Origin: Octopus bimaculoides
Lineage: Eukaryota
NCBI RefSeq assembly: GCF_001194135.2
Contig: NC_068981.1
Coordinates: 192,713,999-192,777,998, forward strand
DNA length: 64,000 nt
Reading direction: 5' to 3'
Shown piece after piece: positions 40,301-50,484 of the stretch. The notes beneath the pieces are model-generated. The model saw only the letters and a list, made by a program, of their open reading frames with translations, made no database searches and was not told where the DNA came from. The translations under genes and the position numbers were made by a program. Position 1 is the stretch's first letter, and every line of letters starts with the position of its first letter.

Positions 40301-41031
40301 AAGTGTTATCGTGTACATTGTTTTGCCTTGGTATAGAAGATGAGCTACAGCAAATATTCTGCTCAATACCACAAATTTGCTTGTCGTTTGTTTGACCTTA
40401 ATCAGTTAAGCATGTCCCTTGGTGGCTGATGATATGTACATCTCGGATCACGAGGAGTAACATAATAGCCATGTGTTGAGAGGAATCCTTTGGAGTTGAA
40501 ATAATCCATCTCTGGAAACATGGGTGTTTTGTTCAATATCTTTAAACAACCCTTATCTAGGGGACTTTTGAATGGGATGGGCTACTCGACCTGAAGAAAA
40601 TTCTAACTGGGCCCTACCTGTGAGGTCATGTGCTGTTTATCTTGATATCAGATCACAATGTCGTGCATATATGGCTGTGATGTATGTGCCTGGTGTACCC
40701 TTATTAGATGGGTAGTCATGATGGGTATAATGGGCTTTGTAAATTTGTACCCCAGTGTCACTTTGATGATATGTGCTGCTCTCTCACAAAGGCACAAAGC
40801 TAGCAATTGTTTTAGGGAAAGGAGGTTAGTTGATTATACTGACCCTAGTATTTAGCTTGTACTTTATTTAATTGATCTCAGAAGGATTAAAGGCAGAGTG
40901 GGATTTGAATTAAGAATTAAGAATATAAAGGAGCCAGAAATATGTTGTGTGCCAGTCTTTTTTTTTTTTTTTTGAAACACACACACAAAATTTAATCTAA
41001 ACTTTCTTTTGTTTTTAGGAAATTGAGAGCA

Positions 41032-41229
41032 ATGGTGAAAGGTCACCCAGTGCAGATTGTTCTAGCCGACGAGGATCACAGTTTTACATTGGATGAAGAG
41101 GCATTAAAAAGTGTTTTACTGCAACCAGAAATTAGAGACAAAAAGGTTGTGGTGATCTCAGTTGCTGGAGCCTTCCGTAAGGGGAAGTCATTCTTGTTGG
41201 ACTTCTTTCTCCGATATGAACAACACACA
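41032..41229 (+). CDS. ATL: Atlastin coding exon 1 ([10 protein letters not shown]...[21 protein letters not shown]), containing the G1/P-loop
   Basis: Acceptor gtttttag ends 41018; ATG 41032 in gcaATGg context; donor gtaagt at 41230. [17 protein letters not shown] is the atlastin P-loop signature. The start codon is inferred: invertebrate atlastins begin just before the PVQ motif. Confidence 0.95.
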
Positions 41230-41622
41230 GTAAGTACTTGGTAGTTATCAATTCCCTAAGTTCATAAACTCCCATGTGTTTGAAACCACAGTTAAAATAT
41301 ATCATGAAACAAACAAGATCACCTCATTGGTACAGAGAGCAAACTTTTCATGAGGTCTCAAAACATATCTCATGGTACTCTTTTTTACTCTTTTACTTGT
41401 TTCAATCATGTGACTGCGGCCATGCTGGCGCACTGCCTTTAGTTGAGCAAATCGACCCTGGGACTTATTCTTTGTAAGCCTACTACTTATTCTATCGGTC
41501 CGTTTTGCTGAACCACTAAGTTATGGGGGCATAAACACACCAGCATCAGTTGTCAAGTGATGTTGGGGGGGGGGGACAGACACACATACACACACACACA
41601 CACACACACATACATACATACA

Positions 41623-41656
<34 letters not shown>

Positions 41657-42358
41657 CGACGAGCTTCTTTCAGTTTCCGTCTACCAAATCCACTCACAAG
41701 GCTTTGGTTGACCCGAGGCTGTAGTAGAAAATACTTGCCCAAGGTGCCATGCAGCGGGACTGAACCCGGAACCATGTGGTTGGTAAGCAAGCTACTTATC
41801 ACACAGCCAGTCCTGTGCCTACAAGAACAAAGAACAAAGAAGAGATTTATGGATGCATTCCATTTATCCTTTCTATTGTTGCTCACCTCAGGATAGGCTT
41901 TACTGGCCTCTGCTTTTGTGCCGAATACTAAGCTTTGTTGGCACTTCAGTATGATGTTGCATCAGCGTGATGGACTTTGGTGTGATGATACTTAAATGCG
42001 AATGCATTGCAGTGTCTCAACACTCTTATGTAAGGATATTACTGTGTGCTGCTGTGTGATATAAATGATACAGCACTCCGTCAGTTATGATGATGAGGGT
42101 TCCAGGTGATCCGGTCAATGGAATAGCCTGCTCATGAAATTAAGTGGCTGAGTACTCCACAGACATTTAATGTAGTTGTCAGGGATATTCAGTATGACAC
42201 AATGTTACATGGCTGATCCTTTGAAATACAGATACAACTCATTTTCGCCAGTTCAGTGGACTTGAACAGCATGGAGTAAAGTGTTTTGTACAAACACACT
42301 ACACACCCCTGGGTATTGAACTCAAAAGATATTTAACCATTTTGTATGTATTTTTCAG

Positions 42359-42490
42359 GGTCCTACAGATTGGTTATCAGATGAAGAACAACAGCTTGAA
42401 GGGTTTTCTTGGAGAGGTGGATCTGAGCGAGACACTACCGGAATATTATTATGGAGTGAACCATTTATTATATCAACCAGCTCTGGAGTG
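42359..42490 (+). CDS. ATL: Atlastin coding exon 2 (GPTDWL...[22 protein letters not shown]...SGV), G2 motif
   Basis: tttttcag acceptor, gtaatg donor, 132 nt, phase 0/0; [13 protein letters not shown] motif. Confidence 0.97.
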
Positions 42491-42629
42491 GTAATGTATT
42501 ACATTTTTTATGAAATACATTACATATGCGTTTTAATTTATTTTAAAAATCTAATCAAGAATTGGCAGGGATTTAGTGAAATAACAAACATTGTGTTTAT
42601 TATTAAACTGGTATTTGGAATATAACTTA

Positions 42630-42765
42630 AAGATATTTGTCTTCATCTTGTTTGTTGTTAACACAACGTTTCAGCTGATATACCCTCTAGTCTTCATCAG
42701 CTGTCTTGGGGAAATTTTGAACCTGGATTCTCATTCCTAAGGTATTATTCGATGTTATTCTTATG

Positions 42766-42823
<58 letters not shown>

Positions 42824-42893
42824 TCACTGCCTGGAATCGAACGTGGAATCTTTGGGTCAGTAGCCCGTGCTGTTAACCACTACGCCATATGCC
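42630..42893 (-). mobile_element. tRNA-headed SINE-like element with internal (AAT)n and a hammerhead-like 3' module
   Basis: Minus strand: ggcatatggcgtagtggttaa (A box)...gttcgattcc (B box)...(aat)n...CTGATGA (42700-42694)...GAAAC (42672-42668). Confidence 0.75.
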
Positions 42894-42895
42894 TG

Positions 42896-43027
42896 TGGCG
42901 TAGTGGTTAAGAGCACGGGCTAGTAACCCCAAATTTCTGAGTTCAATTCCAAGCAGTGACCTGAACAATAATAATAATAATAACATCGAAAAATACCTTA
43001 GGAATGAGAACCCAGGTTCAAAATTTC
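42896..43027 (+). mobile_element. Second, 3'-truncated copy of the same element, head-to-head with the first
   Basis: tggcgtagtggttaagagcacgggctagtaaccccaaatttctgagttcaattcc...ccaggttcaaaatttc is the reverse complement of 42711-42887. Confidence 0.85.
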
Positions 43028-43729
43028 ACCTGCTTTAAGATTTCAATGATGTGGTTGTTTATTTTTAGAATGACATTGTAGGGTAGGTGTGAGAGGCTGA
43101 ATTTAGTCAGTTTGAACATAATACAAAGCTGAATATTTCAGTTGGATGTGGCTGGTTTAAATGCTAAAGGATTAAAGTAGTTCCTGAGAGATTTGGTTTC
43201 TGGTAGCCTCCCCACTGCTATGAGGAGGTTCCAGTCATCTTGGGTCACCCTTGTCATTGGATCTTTCTCATTCATAGTGAAAATAGAGGCACAATCTCAA
43301 AGTTATTATAAAGCTTCAATGCTTAGTTATCTTCTGCAGTATGGATCATCTTGGTTTTCTGGAGAGATCATTCTTTCGCCACAGAAGGGCTATCACCTGT
43401 ATTTATGATGATGAAATATCACCACTTCCAATTATTTGTTTATAGTACAATTCATTGATTGTTTTACCAATTCTTTGATCAAAGTACCAATATTTGTATC
43501 ACTTTAGACAGTAAGCTGGCTGAAACGTTAGCACTCCAGGCGAAATGCTTAGTGGTATTTCATCTGTTTTTACGCTCAAATTCTGCCGAGGTTGACTTTG
43601 CCTTTCATCCTTTTGGGGTCGATAAATTAAGTACCAGTTGCGTACTGGGGTCGACCTAATTGACTGGCTCCCTCCCCCAAAATTTTAGGCCATGTGCCTA
43701 GCGTAGAAACAAATATTTTGGCAACTCCA

Positions 43730-43945
43730 AGGCAGCGAGCTGGCAGAAACGTTAGCATGCCGGACGAAATACTTAGCGGTATTTCATCTGTCTTTACGTT
43801 CTGAGTTCAAATTCCGTCGAGGTCGACTTTGCCTTTCATTCTTTTGGAATCGATAAATTAAGTACCAGTTGCGTACTGGGGTCAATCTAATCGACTGACC
43901 CCCTTCCCCCAAAATTTCAGGCCTTGTGCCTAGAGTAGAAAAGAA
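43730..43945 (+). mobile_element. tRNA-headed SINE family A, reference copy. Other copies at about 545-750(-), 2455-2670(+), 3230-3410(-), 3825-4735(-, four tandem), 16840-17285(-, two), 17875-18320(+, two), 20490-20700(+), 21155-21530(-, two), 27615-27800(-), 37070-37290(-), 43510-43710(+), 46880-47100(+), 48085-48235(+), 53235-53430(+), 55333-55500(+), 58440-58645(-), 63250-63450(-)
   Basis: Head ggcgagctggcagaaacgttagca, B-box GAGTTCAAATTCC, core gtcgactttgcctttcatcctttcggggtcgataaattaagtaccag, tail ggccttgtgcctagagtagaaaag. Confidence 0.9.
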
Positions 43946-44063
43946 TATTTGTATCACTTCATATAAATTTTTTTTGCAATGTTAATATATTTCCTGTTAT
44001 ATTCTGTCATTACATTATTCTTTTGTATCATTTAACTTATTAATGGAAACTATGTCTTTCTAG

Positions 44064-44168
44064 GTTGCAGTTATTTTCATGGACACCCAAGGTGCATTTG
44101 ACAGTCTTTCAACTGTTCGTGACTGTGCTACTGTGTTTGCTCTAAGTACTATGATTAGCTCAGTCCAG
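44064..44168 (+). CDS. ATL: Atlastin coding exon 3 ([35 protein letters not shown]), G3 motif
   Basis: tctttctag acceptor, gtaagt donor, 105 nt; DTQG motif. Confidence 0.97.
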
Positions 44169-44429
44169 GTAAGTTCCCACACATAATTGGTACTGTTTCT
44201 CATAGAGATTAATCTTGTATCCGAGTCATCTGTAACACTGCATCAAGTCCTCGGACTCACGGGGGTCAGTAACCGGATTTCCACGGTGTACAAGTGACTG
44301 AGATCTGCTCATTTACAGCCGAGTGAACTGAGCAGCATCAGGCAAAGTGTTTTAGTCAAGGACACAATGCATCACTTGGTCTGAGAATTGAAACCATGAT
44401 TGCAAGGTTGTGAATGTAATGCCCTAACC

Positions 44430-45078
44430 CAGTGGTTCCCAAAGTGGGTGATAACGCCCCCTCCTCTGTGGGTGGCTGAAAGATCAAGAGGGGCATTGAA
44501 GAAAAGTGGGGCAATAATAGGGTGATCAAAAGGGTGCGATGGATGTACCCCCCACCTCACCCACCCCCAAAATAATGGGTTAATTATTCTTTTATTCTTT
44601 TATTTGTTTCAGTCATTTGACTGCAGCTATGCAAATCGATCCCAGGACTTAAGCCTAGTACTTATTCTATTGGTCTCTTTTGCTGAACCACCAAGTTATG
44701 CTGACATAAACACACCAGTATTGTCAAACGATGTTGGGGAGACAGACACAGACATACAAACATACATATATATATGTATATATATATACATATATATGAC
44801 GGGCTTCTTTCAGTTTCCATCTACCAAATCCACTCACAAGGCTTTGGTCGGCCCAAGGCTATAGTAGAAGACACTTGCCCAAGGTGCCATGCAGTGGGAC
44901 TGAACCCGTAACCATGTGGTTGGTTAGCAAGCTATTTACCACTTAAGTTTTATTTGTGAAATTCTTTTGTTTCGAATTTGCTGCAGAAAGTGGTCTACAT
45001 TTGTGGTGCTGAGTGGGTGCTAGGAATATGGCATGAGTGTCAAGGGGGCAGCAGCCTGAAAATGTTTGGGAAGTACTG
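44430..45078. mobile_element. hAT-type MITE interrupted by a family-B SINE
   Basis: CAGTGGTTCCCAAA...TTTGGGAAGTACTG ends; 8-bp TSD ccctaacc / ccttaacc. Confidence 0.8.
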
Positions 45079-45961
45079 CCTTAACCCCTAGGGTACACAC
45101 TTCACTATCTGTAATGTTGCTTGGGAAAATGTGGGTGACAGTAGGATTGCATGGTTAAGAAGTTTGCTTCACAACCATGTGTCTCTGGATGATGGTTGCA
45201 AAACAAAACATGGTGTTCCTCCCTGCAGTTAGTATGTATGTAGCAGTTGCCAGAAATATGTTTAATATGTTAGTTGGTTTCTCCAATGATGTTAGACTGC
45301 TAAACTTAGTGGTTATTTAAGCAATGTATTTGTGGATAGCTAAGGGGTTGGATATGGAGTAATAACACCTGAAATACCTATTTTACTATCTTCAGTTGCA
45401 TCGTTTACATCAGGAATCACCAAACATTTTTGACCATTGACTCCCTTGAACCACTTTTCCTGCATTGACCACTCTCTTCATTTAAAATATCTTAATACCC
45501 TACCCTACTGTACCATATCTTAAATGTGTACTGGATACTGATGCTAGCAATTAAAACGTTTGCTAAAATATACATGTACGACTAATTAAGAAATTCTATT
45601 GAAGATGACACACTTCTTACATTTTAAAACTATGTGTACGAGTCTACAGTATTAAACTTGCAATTTTTATGAAATTGTTTCCATGGTTAGAAAATGTGAA
45701 AAATGCATCAAATTGCTGGAATATCTTTTACTGAAATTGACAACATCAATGTGAGTGATGCAGTTTGGCAAAAGAGACTGATGGAACAAGTACCAGACTT
45801 TAAAAAGTACTGGGATCAATTCATTTGACTAAAAGTTCTTCAAGGCAGTGCTCCAGCATGGCCGTAGTCTGATGACTGAAACAACTGAAAGATAAAAGAT
45901 ACATTTGTTATAGATTTTGAAGTGTATTATTTTTGTAAAAAAATCCTTTTTTTCTTTCTAG

Positions 45962-46012
45962 GTATATAATATCTCTCAGAACATTCAAGAAAATGATTTA
46001 CAACATCTACAG
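45962..46012 (+). CDS. ATL: Atlastin coding exon 4 (VYNISQNIQENDLQHLQ)
   Basis: tttctttctag acceptor, gtaaga donor, 51 nt; matches the conserved VYNxSQNxQEDDLQHLQ. Confidence 0.97.
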
Positions 46013-46104
46013 GTAAGAAAAAAAGCACTCAGGTATTTGATTTATTCCAAATTTTATTTATTGAATTTAATTATGGTCTTTTATAATAAGAAAATATTTC
46101 AGTT

Positions 46105-46611
46105 GATAATAATAATGATAATAATGAAATTATTGTGTATAGTGCTCAGGTGCACCACAACTCATCAAAGCTGCATGAACAATACATAGAATTATGTACA
46201 AAAGTCAGGAAAGTAAACAGTGTATGAGTCATGATATACATGTGTGCAGGCATACGGAGGGAGGGAAGATCAGGTGTAGTGTTGGTGAATTTCAGGAAGC
46301 ATGGAGGTTTTAAAGGATGCAATGTCTCCGCAACTAACAACTGATGCAGGTAGTTTGTTCCATGCTTCAGCAACTCTGAGTGTGAAACAATGTTTCCGAA
46401 AGTCATGGGAGCTGTGCTGTTTTCTGACTTCGTAGGCATGCCTATGTGTGTTAGATACATGGTGCTCAGAACTGTGCTCAAAGTGGTTGTTGGCATGATG
46501 GTGAATTATTTTGTGGGTGTTTACCAAGTCAGTTGCCAGACGTTGGAGCTTCAGTGTATCTATGCCCAGCGAAACAAGGCGTTCAGAGTATGGAAGATGC
46601 CTGATGGAGGG
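46105..46611 (-). mobile_element. 3' end of a CR1/L2-type LINE (RT C-terminus plus ATT tail)
   Basis: PSIRHLPYSERLVSLGIDTLKLQRLATDLVNTHKI...FRKHCFTLRVAEAWNKLPASVVSCGDIASFK matches the LxYxERL..LG / RK.FF..RV...WN.LP...V pattern; (ATT)n tail. Confidence 0.85.
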
Positions 46612-47112
46612 TCACACTCAGCCAAAACATTCTACTGGCCATATCTGGCCAAAATATTTGAACCAGTAATATCCAACCAAAATATTGTTTAATGTTCAAA
46701 CTGGTCAGATCCAGGCTCTCACACCTACCTTACAATGTCATCATAAGAATAAACAATTGCATCATCAAAATCTTGAAGCTATGAGATAAAGCATGATCAG
46801 TTGAAAGCAATGTGATCAGTGAGGATATACGATAAGTATGACTAGGGAAACCAACCAACTCCCTTTTATATCAGCTGTTAGTACTAAATAGGGGCTGACA
46901 GAATTGTTGGCACTCTGGTCAAAATGTTTTGCAGCATTTTGTTTGTCTTTACATTCTGAGTTCAAATTCCACCAAGGTCGACGTTGCTGTTTTTCCTTTT
47001 GGGGTTGATAAAACAGATACCAGTTGAGTACTGGGGTTGATGTAATTCACTTACACCCCCACCCTGGAAATTGCTGGCCTTGTGGCAAAATTTCAGGCTA
47101 ATGTATTAAATT

Positions 47113-47287
47113 GCTGAACACACACACATCACACATCACACACACACTTTACACACACACACATCACACACACACACATCACGCATGCACACATCACACA
47201 TGCACACATCACACATACACATCACACACACACATACCACACACACTCACACGTCACACGCACACGCATGCACACATCACATACACA

Positions 47288-47331
<44 letters not shown>
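47113..47331. repeat. Compound (CA)n/(CACAT)n microsatellite. Many others occur, e.g. (TA)n 12480-12527, (TG)n 21620-21695, (ATT)n 26878-26933, 27941-27988, 42766-42819, (TA/TG)n 60580-60720, degenerate (CAT)n 51175-51330
   Basis: Directly visible. Confidence 0.95.
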
Positions 47332-47333
<2 letters not shown>

Positions 47334-47651
47334 TCCATTTCCATTTCAAAATTTTAATCACATAATTATTCAAATTACAAGTAAAATTTGAAATATCAAG
47401 TTTTCTAAAATTTAATTCAAATATCATGTGATTTAATTAACAGTTTAATTATCACCATGTAATTAGTATTCAGTTACATTGAACACTGGAGTTGCTGTAA
47501 TTGACTTACTCCCTCCCTTGAAATTGCTGGCCTTGTGCCAAAATTTGAAACCATCATCGTCAAATAGAGAAATTTGAATTGATATGTATCATCAGATGGC
47601 AATTAACTTTTTTGTTTTTCATCTTTAATTGTGTTTATTGATTGTGTATTA

Positions 47652-47813
47652 CCATATTTTAACATGTACAAAGAACCCCCTAATTTTGAGGGCTTAAAAT
47701 TTGGAAAAAAGGTTTTGTAAAGGATTATAATACTATCCATGTACAAGAAACTCCCATATTTTTTAATCCTAATTTTAGACAAAAAAGGGTTCGTTATACA
47801 CGTTAAAATACGG
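47652..47813. mobile_element. Tc1/mariner-superfamily (pogo-like) MITE, 162 bp
   Basis: TA|ccatattttaacatgtacaaagaaccc ... gggttcgttatacacgttaaaatacgg|TA. Confidence 0.75.
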
Positions 47814-47895
47814 TAATTAAATAACAAGTTAATTGATAAGAGGTCTGAATTTTTTACTCTTCAATAATTCTTATCTTTATTTCTTGTTTGTTTAG

Positions 47896-47958
47896 TTATT
47901 CACAGAATATGGTCGATTAGCACTGGATGCCAATGATAATGAGTCCAAACCTTTCCAG
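47896..47958 (+). CDS. ATL: Atlastin coding exon 5 (LFTEYGRLALDANDNESKPFQ)
   Basis: tttgtttag acceptor, gtaaat donor, 63 nt; LFTEYGRLA...KPFQ. Confidence 0.97.
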
Positions 47959-48519
47959 GTAAATATTCAATTCTCACATTGGCACACAGCCGTACAGGTG
48001 TGACGTGTTTTGGGGCTGCTTGTTTGCCATCGATCAATCAATGCTGACTTATTTGACATTTGACTTATTTGATATTTGACTTATTTCGGTGAGGTCGACT
48101 TTGCCTTTCATCCTTTCGGGGTCGATAAACTAAGTACCAATTATGCACTGGGTTGATGTAATCGACTTAATCCCTTTGTCTGTCCTTGTTTGTCCCCTCT
48201 ATATGTAGTCCCTTGTGGGCAATAAAGAAATAAGAAGCTGAAAGAAAGCTTGTATGTGTGCGTGTGTGTATGTGCACGTGTGTGTATGTGTGTAAACGTT
48301 TGTCACCTTTTCTTGACATAGTGATTGTTATAATTGAGTGTCACTATTGTGCAAGCAGTGTTCTGTGAAAAACGTCTGGTCATGGGGAAAATATTACTTT
48401 GTTCGGAAACAAGTGAGGGTTGGTGACAGGAAAAGCATCCAGCCATAAAACATCTGCTTCAATAAACTTTATACGACTCATGCAAGCATGGAAAAGTTGG
48501 CATTAATACGATGATGCTG

Positions 48520-48571
<52 letters not shown>

Positions 48572-49334
48572 GAAAAAATGAATAGAACTGGATTTTCTGA
48601 TAATTTTTCCACTTTAATAATTAGATGATGTTTATAAATAATTAAGTGTTTACCTAATAATTTATAAACATCTAATTAAGTGGGAAAATAATCAGGAAAG
48701 CCATTTCTATCCATTTTCTCAAATACATAATACTGTANNNNNNNNNNNNNNNNNNNNNNNNNNNNNNNNNNNNNNNNNNNNNNNNNNNNNNNNNNNNNNN
48801 NNNNNNNNNNNNNNNNNNNNNNNNNNNNNNNNNNNNNNNNNNNNNNNNNNNNNNNNNNNNNNNNNNNNNNNNNNNNNNNNNNNNNNNNNNNNNNNNNNNN
48901 NNNNNNNNNNNNNNNNNNNNNNNNNNNNNNNNNNNNNNNNNNNNNNNNNNNNNNNNNNNNNNNNNNNNNNNNNNNNNNNNNNNNNNNNNNNNNNNNNNNN
49001 NNNNNNNNNNNNNNNNNNNNNNNNNNNNNNNNNNNNNNNNNNNNNNNNNNNNNNNNNNNNNNNNNNNNNNNNNNNNNNNNNNNNNNNNNNNNNNNNNNNN
49101 NNNNNNNNNNNNNNNNNNNNNNNNNNNNNNNNNNNNNNNNNNNNNNNNNNNNNNNNNNNNNNNNNNNNNNNNNNNNNNNNNNNNNNNNNNNNNNNNNNNN
49201 NNNNNNNNNNNNNNNNNNNNNNNNNNNNNNNNNNNNNNNNNNNNNNNNNNNNNNNNNNNNNNNNNNNNNNNNNNNNNNNNNNNNNNNNNNNNNNNNNNNN
49301 NNNNNNNNNNNNNNNNNNNNNNNNNNNNNNNNNN

Positions 49335-49369
<35 letters not shown>

Positions 49370-49425
49370 CGTTTGTATGTTGTAAACTTCAGTGTAATGT
49401 TGCTGTTTCCAATTTCTTATTTCAG

Positions 49426-49518
49426 GCTTTAACATTTTTAGTAAGAGACTGGAGTTGTTCCTATGAGCACAGCTATGGCATGGTTGGAGGAAATGAAATA
49501 CTGGAAAAACGTTTTGCT
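49426..49518 (+). CDS. ATL: Atlastin coding exon 6 ([31 protein letters not shown]), G4 RD motif
   Basis: cttatttcag acceptor, gtgagt donor, 93 nt; FLVRDW motif. Confidence 0.96.
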
Positions 49519-50345
49519 GTGAGTATCCATCCATCCAAGTTGCTGTTTTTTTTCTCTCTGTTTCTCCCTCAACTCTTCATACTATCCACCCATTTTGTTG
49601 ATAACAATAACTGACAGTAACTTAACGACCAGACGTTCCTTGAATCCTCCTCTTCGTCTGTTTCACTTCAAATACATTGCCAAGTACTAGCAAGTACAAT
49701 CCTACCTCTCTGTCACTCTATTATCTCCTGGCAGTCCTCACGTTGGACATTAAATGAGGATGATAAAGCCCTTGTTTATCTTTTACTGGTTTCAGTCATT
49801 AGACTACAACCATGCTGGCGCACCACTTTGAATTTTTGCTTGATTGAATTGACCCCAGGACTTCATCATCATCATCATCATCATCATCATCGTTTAACGT
49901 CTGCCTTCCATGCTAGCATGGGTTGGACGATTTGACAGAGGACTGGTGAACCAGGTGGCTACACCAGGCTCCAATCTGATCTGGCAGAGTTTCTACAGCT
50001 GGATGCCCTTCCTAATGCCAACCACTCCGAGAGTGTAGTGGGTGCTTTTATGTGCCACCAGCACAAGGGCCAGTCAGGCGATACTGGCAACGGCCATGCT
50101 CAAAATGTTGTTCTTTTACATGCCACCTGCACAGAAGCCAGTCCAGCGGCACTGGTAACGACCTCGCTCGAATGTTCTTTTCACATGCCACCGGCACAAA
50201 TGCCAATTTATTATTTTTTTAAAAGTCTGGTACTTCTGTGGTTAATCTAAGATATAAACTGTATGAAAGGGTGGCAATATTTTTAATCATAGAAATACTT
50301 GATTAGGGTTAAACAGCAACTAATTAATGTTTATTTTTTTTGTAG

Positions 50346-50484
50346 ATTACTGACCGACAACATTCAGAACTTCAACAACTAAGGAGACATATTCGATCCT
50401 GTTTCCAATCCATAAACTGTTTTTTGATGCCACATCCTGGCCTGAAAGTTGCTTCAGATCCCAAATTTACTGGAAAATTGAAGG
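50346..50484 (+). CDS. ATL: Atlastin coding exon 7 ([20 protein letters not shown]...[22 protein letters not shown])
   Basis: tttttgtag acceptor, gtaact donor, 139 nt, ends phase 1; [12 protein letters not shown] motif. Confidence 0.97.

Noticed and set aside
41019-41031. Coding N-terminal extension from an upstream exon (track ORF starts at TTG 41023)
   Set aside because: Possible (phase 2, no stop) but unsupported. ATG 41032 has good context and matches the short invertebrate N-terminus, and no upstream coding exon was identified.
42896-42960. Functional tRNA gene (likewise other A/B-box heads)
   Set aside because: No complete cloverleaf or acceptor stem; runs directly into SINE body sequence and occurs as diverged copies.
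48738-49334. A missing atlastin exon hidden in the gap
   Set aside because: The expected RDW exon was found just after the gap (49426-49518) and the protein is continuous.
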